DNA of 64,000 nt from a bacterium (GTDB lineage Bacteria > Hydrothermota > 32-111): the NCBI GenBank assembly GCA_050239825.1, contig JBFXGO010000004.1, positions 4,590-68,589 on the forward strand. Reading direction: 5' to 3'. The notes beneath the pieces are model-generated. The model was given only the letters and a program-made list of their open reading frames with translations, searched no databases and was not told where the DNA came from. The stretch's first letter is position 1; each line of letters opens with the position of its first letter. Below are positions 58,408 to 64,000 of the stretch, piece after piece. The position numbers and the translations under genes are program-made.

Positions 58408-59324
58408 TACACGCCACCTCCGCGCCCCATAAGGACAGATGCTATTATGAAGAGGGCAATTCCAAAGACAAGAAGCAAAAATTGAGAAACATAAATCATT
58501 TTCAATCTTGCCATTATGGATTCAATCGTTCCTACTATAATTGCGGATACTATGCTTACCGCTATAAATCCTCCAAGAGCAAAGAGTACCCCTGACTCCA
58601 TAAATATGACAGAAGAAATCAGAGCTGTGAATATTGTCATTTTGAGATATGTCGCATAATTTATCAGCGCCAAGGAAGGACCCGAGTGGTCGAGAACCAT
58701 AACCTCATGGATCATTGTCAATTCAAGGTGCGTATTCGGATCATCAACAGGCACTCTCTTCCCTTCGGACAGTATCATGACAAAGAATGCCGCAATAGAA
58801 AGCAGAGAGGCCACAATCGTATACGAATTTGTAAAATTGAGAGTCGAAATCATCTTCGAAATTGAAGTGTTTCCAGAGAGGTATATGAATGATGATAGTA
58901 TAATGAATAGGGAAGGTTCAATAAATAGAGCAAATGACGCCTCCCTGCTTGCTCCCATTCCTTCAAAACTCGAACCGGTGTCAAGCGCCGAAAGCAGCAT
59001 GAAAAAATTGCCGATAGTCATTATATATGCAAAGAATAGGAAATCTCCTTCAAATGAAAGAATGGATTTGTTGAACCCATAAGGAACGAACAAAACCGCA
59101 GTGAGCACTGAAGAGACATAAAACACTGGACCTACAGAGAACATAAATGAAACAGTCTCTGAAATCATCTCTCTCTTCTTAAAAAGCTTGATGCAGTCTA
59201 ACATCGGCTGAAAAACCGATGGACCTTTTCTACCAGCCCACAATGACTTGACCCTATTTATAATTCCCGCAAAGAGAAAAGGCATAACGAGAATCATGAT
59301 TAAAGTGGTAAAAATATTCATCAT
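58407..59324 (-). CDS. NuoH/HyfC/HycD-like membrane subunit
   Basis: 305 aa. The N-terminal signature INRVKSLWAGRKGPSVFQPMLDCIKLFKKRE matches the NuoH-family consensus RxxxARxQxRxGPxxxGxxQPxADxxKLxxKE. Confidence 0.75.
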   Translation of the reverse strand: MMNIFTTLIMILVMPFLFAGIINRVKSLWAGRKGPSVFQPMLDCIKLFKKREMISETVSFMFSVGPVFYVSSVLTAVLFVPYGFNKSILSFEGDFLFFAYIMTIGNFFMLLSALDTGSSFEGMGASREASFALFIEPSLFIILSSFIYLSGNTSISKMISTLNFTNSYTIVASLLSIAAFFVMILSEGKRVPVDDPNTHLELTMIHEVMVLDHSGPSLALINYATYLKMTIFTALISSVIFMESGVLFALGGFIAVSIVSAIIVGTIESIMARLKMIYVSQFLLLVFGIALFIIASVLMGRGGGV

Positions 59325-61300
59325 TGCTTAATTATTAATATTAGAAGTGAAATCAACAGAAACAGCAATCCCATAAGAAGATACTGCTGAGTGGAGCCCT
59401 TTTGAATTCCGGAAAATCTGTCAAAGAATCTTTTAAGAAATCCCATTGAGGGTGCTATCAGATACTTTTCAAATACATCCTGCTTCTCTTTTTCCACACT
59501 CATTTTCTTTGGAAAGTACTCCTCTATCTCAGTTTTTGTCCCTCTCTCATTTAAAAGCATTGATGATATATTCCTAAGCGGCTCAGTATAGGATGATGAT
59601 TTGTACTGCACTTCCGGTGTTCCTCTGACATAACCGCAATCCCACACCCTCTCGGCTCTTCCAATTCTGCCCTTAAGCATTAGCCTCCTCAGCATAAAAA
59701 CAACGGAGAAGATCAGAAGAAACAAAAGAGAACTAAAAGAGATATTCGTAAGAATTCTCTTGAAATAGATTAAAACAAGAGAGTGCTCTTCCGGAAATGA
59801 AGAGTGAATAACTTGGCTTAACAGATTAAATGCCAGTTGAGGAAAAAGACCTGTCAGAAGTATCAACGTCGACATAAGAATCATAGAAACAAGAGATACC
59901 TTCATGTCATCTTTTATGTCATGTGCGAACGAACTCCTTGCGGAGCCGAGAAGCATTATGCCAGATGCTTTCGTGAAACAGACGACTGCCATTACTCCGA
60001 CAAAAGCAATCACTGTCATTGCGCATACTGATATCACCGCAAGGGGCATCACGGATGTTCTTACTCCCTCTACTGCCCCAAAATAAATCATGAATTCAGA
60101 TATGAAGCCGCTTAAGAGAGGAAGGCCTGAAATGGCAGCGCTTCCTATTATGAACATGTATGAAGAGTAGGGCATAAGCTTTAACAAACCGCCGAGTCTG
60201 TTGATGTTTCTCGTATGTGTCTTCAAGTATATGTTGCCTGATGAAAAGAAAAGCAGAGGTTTAAAGATAGAATGGTTTAATGAGTGAAGCAAAGCTCCGG
60301 AAAATCCCAATACTGTCATCATCGGATTTTTATAAGCATTTCCCGCAAGCATCAGTCCTATTCCTATGCCAATTATTCCCATGTTTTCAATTGAAGAGTA
60401 AGCAAGAAGTTTCTTTATGTCATTTTCAAACATCGCATACAGTATACCAATAAGAGCTGTCACCGAAGATATTGATAATACCGCAAATATAATAACTTTT
60501 GACGGAGTTTCAAGCATCAGCGAGAATCTGAGTATGCCGAATATTCCCATCTTCAGCATTATTCCCGACATAAACCCGGATATATTTGACACAGATGCAG
60601 GATGAGCTTTCGGAAGCCAATTGTGAAACGGGGCAAACCCCGCCTTAATGCCAAATCCGAAAAACAAAAGAAGAAATGCAACCATCGCTTTCATCGATTT
60701 GTTATTGAGAGAATCTCTGAAAGAGAGCATATTCAAATCACCTGCCATATTAGAAAGAAGCAAAAAACCTGTGAGTATGAAAAGAAAACCTATGTGCATA
60801 TAGACAAAATACTCAAGCCCGGCTCTCCTGACATCCTCTTTGCCTCCCTCAAACATAATTGCCAGAAATGATGTGAGAGACATGACCTCCCACACCATCA
60901 AAAAAGCAAAGATGTTTTGCATAGTCAGAAGCAATACCATGGATAGTATAAGAAAATTGAATGAAAGGTACAAAAGAACAAATTGATTTTTGTTCTGATA
61001 CTCTTTAAGATAATCAATAGAGTAAAGCGATGTGAAAATAGCGCCAAGATAAGTTATTAAAAGGAAGAATGCTGAAAGAGGGTCTATTCTTACAATTATG
61101 TCGCCGACAGGGCTAAATGAGAATAAGAGAGTCTCAGTGGTGCATCCTCTGATGACAGATTCAAGCGCAGGAATCATTCCGATTGTTGAAGAGACAAGAA
61201 TCAGCGCAAACGAATAGAGAGGTTTTTTATTGTTGCTCACTTTCAAGCCGCAGATAGTTCCCACAAAAAGTATGACAGAGGAAATGATATACAACTTCAA
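59321..61300 (-). CDS. NuoL/HyfB-like antiporter-type membrane subunit
   Basis: 659 aa, about 16 TM segments, with the NuoL-family core (GFAPFHNWLPKAHPASVSNISGFMSG). Confidence 0.8.
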   Translation of the reverse strand: MKLYIISSVILFVGTICGLKVSNNKKPLYSFALILVSSTIGMIPALESVIRGCTTETLLFSFSPVGDIIVRIDPLSAFFLLITYLGAIFTSLYSIDYLKEYQNKNQFVLLYLSFNFLILSMVLLLTMQNIFAFLMVWEVMSLTSFLAIMFEGGKEDVRRAGLEYFVYMHIGFLFILTGFLLLSNMAGDLNMLSFRDSLNNKSMKAMVAFLLLFFGFGIKAGFAPFHNWLPKAHPASVSNISGFMSGIMLKMGIFGILRFSLMLETPSKVIIFAVLSISSVTALIGILYAMFENDIKKLLAYSSIENMGIIGIGIGLMLAGNAYKNPMMTVLGFSGALLHSLNHSIFKPLLFFSSGNIYLKTHTRNINRLGGLLKLMPYSSYMFIIGSAAISGLPLLSGFISEFMIYFGAVEGVRTSVMPLAVISVCAMTVIAFVGVMAVVCFTKASGIMLLGSARSSFAHDIKDDMKVSLVSMILMSTLILLTGLFPQLAFNLLSQVIHSSFPEEHSLVLIYFKRILTNISFSSLLFLLIFSVVFMLRRLMLKGRIGRAERVWDCGYVRGTPEVQYKSSSYTEPLRNISSMLLNERGTKTEIEEYFPKKMSVEKEKQDVFEKYLIAPSMGFLKRFFDRFSGIQKGSTQQYLLMGLLFLLISLLILIIKQ

Positions 61301-61998
61301 AATTTCTCCTGCATCAATTGCTTTTCAATTTCAAAGAGAAGTTCGTCTTTGTTCGGTTTTTTGCTGAGAAGTTCCGCAAATTCGCTTCTCTGTATAATGT
61401 AAGAGAGCAAAGAGAGGGTTTTCAAATGGTTTTTATGATTTGATGTTATTATAATAAACAGAGTATGCAGATACTCTTTTTTTTCGCCGTAGACGAAGGG
61501 TGTCTTTAAAAAGCAGACTGCCACAAGAGAATTTTCGGCATCGGTGATTATGGGTTTCTTCGGATGCGGCACAGCAACGCCCTGTCCTATGTAGGTGGGA
61601 ATCATCTCCTCTCTCTCTAATAAAAATGAAAGGAGAAGATTCTTATCCACAGAGTTTGAAAGAGGCAAAAGTGAAATGGCATTCGAGAGGACACTCTTTA
61701 TGTCACTTCCTTCAATATTATAGTAAATTCCGCCGTTTTTTATTAGCTCGGCAAGAAATGCAGGTTTTTCAATATTTTGTAATTTTATGAATTCACTTGT
61801 CAGAGATGCCCTTCTGTTAAGAATCCACTCGCTTATCTCTCCCTTATTAAATCTGTACTGCTTATTTATCATATAGAAAGGAATCTCATTCCTCTTTATG
61901 AGGCCTATGATATCCTTTTCGGATAGTTTGAGTAACAATGATATATCTTTAACTCTTAAATCCATCTTTTTCCTTCTTGGAATTGAAATTATAGACAA
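61297..61998 (-). CDS. HTH (MerR/excisionase-type) + PTS EIIA-Ntr domain regulator, first gene of the Ehr-like operon
   Basis: 233 aa. An N-terminal HTH (LRVKDISLLLKLSEKDIIGLIKRNEIPF) precedes an EIIA type-2 domain with the active-site His intact (GQGVAVPHPKK). An ATGA overlap joins it to the NuoL-like gene. Confidence 0.65.
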   Translation of the reverse strand: MSIISIPRRKKMDLRVKDISLLLKLSEKDIIGLIKRNEIPFYMINKQYRFNKGEISEWILNRRASLTSEFIKLQNIEKPAFLAELIKNGGIYYNIEGSDIKSVLSNAISLLPLSNSVDKNLLLSFLLEREEMIPTYIGQGVAVPHPKKPIITDAENSLVAVCFLKTPFVYGEKKEYLHTLFIIITSNHKNHLKTLSLLSYIIQRSEFAELLSKKPNKDELLFEIEKQLMQEKF

Positions 61999-62029
61999 TT
62001 ATCTATAAATGTCAAGCGACATTGTTTAC

Positions 62030-62165
62030 CAAAAGTGATGTGCGAGACGGCGCTACACCCGAGTGCAGCCACCAAAGCAGCCTTCAATAATAAAAGATAA
62101 TTCAGTTACGAGTTTCGGGTTACGGGTTACGAGTTATGAGTTTAAATACAATATGTATCGAGACT
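62030..62165. repeat. Second copy of the repeat family seen at 52.8-54.1 kb
   Basis: gtgcgagacggcgctacacccgagtgcagcc...ccttcaataataaaagata...taattcagttacgagtttcgggttacgggttacgagttatgagtttaaatacaat is a near-identical set of modules to 53215-53247, 53536-53575 and 52855-52905. Confidence 0.7.
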
Positions 62166-62508
62166 TGTCAAGGAAGTTGTGTAAAGAGGGATTAGTATTC
62201 ATAAGGGAGTTCTCCAAAGAGATTAACGAAGGATTGGCGGAGGTAATATAATTTAGCAATGATTTTAGGATAACCGTTTTTCCATTTAGGTAACGGATAT
62301 AAATATTAATGAAGAGGATGTCTTCGGATTGGAAGAATCCGCCCTTTTGCTATCGCAAAGTACGGTGTGAAATATAATCGTGACCATTACAATACTATTA
62401 TGCAAACTTCTTGACAAAGTGGGCGCAATACAATATGATTAAAATGATTAATAAAAAGGAGATGGTTTTGAAAAAGAAATTAGAAGGAGTATTTAAACAG
62501 GAGGAATT

Positions 62509-64000
62509 GTGAAAAAAGTTATTTTTATTATCATTATTATTGCTTCAGCATTGTTTGTTTTTGCTTCAAATGAGAGACCATTCAGAGAAGAGGATATGCT
62601 TCTTGCTAACTTTGAACAACCGGAAGATTACAATCAACCCAACTGGGCGACAGATAGTTTGAATGTAAGGGGAGTAGGAATTTATCCTTTCTTTGGAGAT
62701 GCATATGATGTTTTCATCGTAGATACATTAGCGTATTCTTGCATGAATAATTATCTAGTAGTGTTAAATGTTAAGAACAAAGCAAATCCTTTTTTGGTAG
62801 GTTATTTTAGTTTACCGGGTTATGCTTATGGTGTCTATGTTTCAGGAGATTATGCGTATGTTGCTGATGAGGATTATGGTTTACAGATAATAGATATCTC
62901 AAATCCTTCAAGCCCAACCCTTGCAGGGAGCTATGATACACCGAGTTATGCTTATAGTGTCTATGTTTCAGGCAGTTATGCCTATGTTGCTGATGAGGGT
63001 TATGGTTTACAGATAATAGATATCTCAAATCCTTCAAGCCCAACCCTAACAGGAAGCTATGATACACCGGATTATGCAAGGGGTGTCTATGTCTCAGGAG
63101 ATTATGCCTATGTTGCTGATGATAGTTCTGGTTTACAGATAATAGATATCTCAAATCCCATAAGCCCAACCCTTGCAGGGAACTATGATACACCGGATCA
63201 TGCATGGGGTGTCTATGTTTCAGGCAGTTATGCCTATGTTGCTGATGGTTATTCTGGTTTACAGATAATAGATATCTCAAATCCTTCAAGCCCAACACTT
63301 GCAGGGAGCTATGATACACCGGGTTATGCATTGGGTGTCTATGTTTCAGGCAGTTATGCCTATGTTGCTGATGCTGATTATGGTTTACAGATAATAGATA
63401 TCTCAAATCCTTCAAGCCCAACCCTTACAGGGAGCTATGAAACACAGGGTTATGCTTATGGTGTCTATGTATCAGGCAGTTATGCCTATGTTGCTGATTA
63501 TGATTATGGTTTACAGGTAATAGATATCTCAAATCCTTCAAGCCCAACCCTTACAGGGAGCTATGATACACCGGGTTATGCATGGGGTGTCTATGTTTCA
63601 GGCAGTTATGCCTATGTTACTGATCGTAATTCAGGTCTACAGATAATCAACATCTCTGACCCCACAAGCCCAACACTTGCAGAGAGCTATGATACACCGG
63701 GGTGGGCTTATGGTGTCTATGTTTCCGGCAGTTATGCCTATGTTGCTGATGATGATTATGGTTTACAGATAATAGATATCTCAAATCCTTCAAGCCCAAC
63801 TCTTGCAGGAAGCTATGATACACCGGGGAATGCTATAGGTGTCTATGTATCAGGCAGTTATGCCTATGTTACTGATCGTAATTCAGGTCTACAGATAATC
63901 AACATCTCTGACCCCACAAGCCCAACACTTACAGGAAACTATGATACACCGGGGATTGCAAGGGGTGTCTATGTTTCAGGAGATTATGCCTATGTTGCTG
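62509..64000 (+). CDS. LVIVD-repeat surface protein (signal peptide; runs off window end)
   Basis: GGAGG lies 7 nt upstream of the GTG. After the signal peptide VKKVIFIIIIIASALFVFA come 13 or more consecutive 40-aa LVIVD units (GVYVSGSYAYVADxDYGLQIIDISNPSSPTLxGSYDTPGxA), nearly identical at the DNA level. Confidence 0.8.
   Translation, partial: MKKVIFIIIIIASALFVFASNERPFREEDMLLANFEQPEDYNQPNWATDSLNVRGVGIYPFFGDAYDVFIVDTLAYSCMNNYLVVLNVKNKANPFLVGYFSLPGYAYGVYVSGDYAYVADEDYGLQIIDISNPSSPTLAGSYDTPSYAYSVYVSGSYAYVADEGYGLQIIDISNPSSPTLTGSYDTPDYARGVYVSGDYAYVADDSSGLQIIDISNPISPTLAGNYDTPDHAWGVYVSGSYAYVADGYSGLQIIDISNPSSPTLAGSYDTPGYALGVYVSGSYAYVADADYGLQIIDISNPSSPTLTGSYETQGYAYGVYVSGSYAYVADYDYGLQVIDISNPSSPTLTGSYDTPGYAWGVYVSGSYAYVTDRNSGLQIINISDPTSPTLAESYDTPGWAYGVYVSGSYAYVADDDYGLQIIDISNPSSPTLAGSYDTPGNAIGVYVSGSYAYVTDRNSGLQIINISDPTSPTLTGNYDTPGIARGVYVSGDYAYVA

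Noticed and set aside
62807-63421. 204-aa minus-strand ORF, His/Gln-rich repeats
   Set aside because: It is antisense to the LVIVD gene, and its periodicity simply mirrors the sense-strand 120-bp repeats.

Overview
This window looks like a chromosomal segment of an AT-rich bacterium, probably from the FCB superphylum. Pointers to that are a short Bacteroidetes-type sigma-70 next to a full-length RpoD, an LVIVD-repeat surface protein, many TPR proteins, and Shine-Dalgarno GGAGG sites ahead of many starts. Most genes are on the minus strand and mostly housekeeping: recG, htrA, dapF, argF, def, aspS, hisS, uppP, rpoD, dnaG, one tRNA-Thr, and a thi4-thiE-thiC operon behind a clear TPP riboswitch.

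The parts that stand out are:
- A 1.3 kb non-coding region (52.84-54.12 kb) built from nested GC-rich direct repeats: 288 bp x2, a 142 bp unit x3, and a 37 bp tandem x3, plus C(UUCG)G hairpins. A related copy sits at 62.03-62.17 kb. Both flank a six-gene Hyf/Ehr-like complex-I-type operon whose large subunit has lost the NiFe-ligating cysteines and which is headed by an HTH-PTS-EIIA regulator.
- An 820-aa GGDEF-P-loop NTPase-TPR protein paired with a PtsN-like pseudo-EIIA carrying His->Arg at the active site.
- A MITE-like 28-30 bp perfect inverted repeat pair bracketing about 240 bp (33.30-33.60 kb).
- A short sigma-70 whose conserved N-terminus has no canonical start codon; an SD-spaced ATA is the only candidate.
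- An internally deleted crtI in a small carotenoid cluster.
- A perfect 3x120 bp in-frame tandem repeat inside a zinc-ribbon protein beside an ECF sigma module.

No CRISPR array, transposase, integrase or rRNA was found. All calls rest on the sequence and the provided ORF translations alone; no database search was run.
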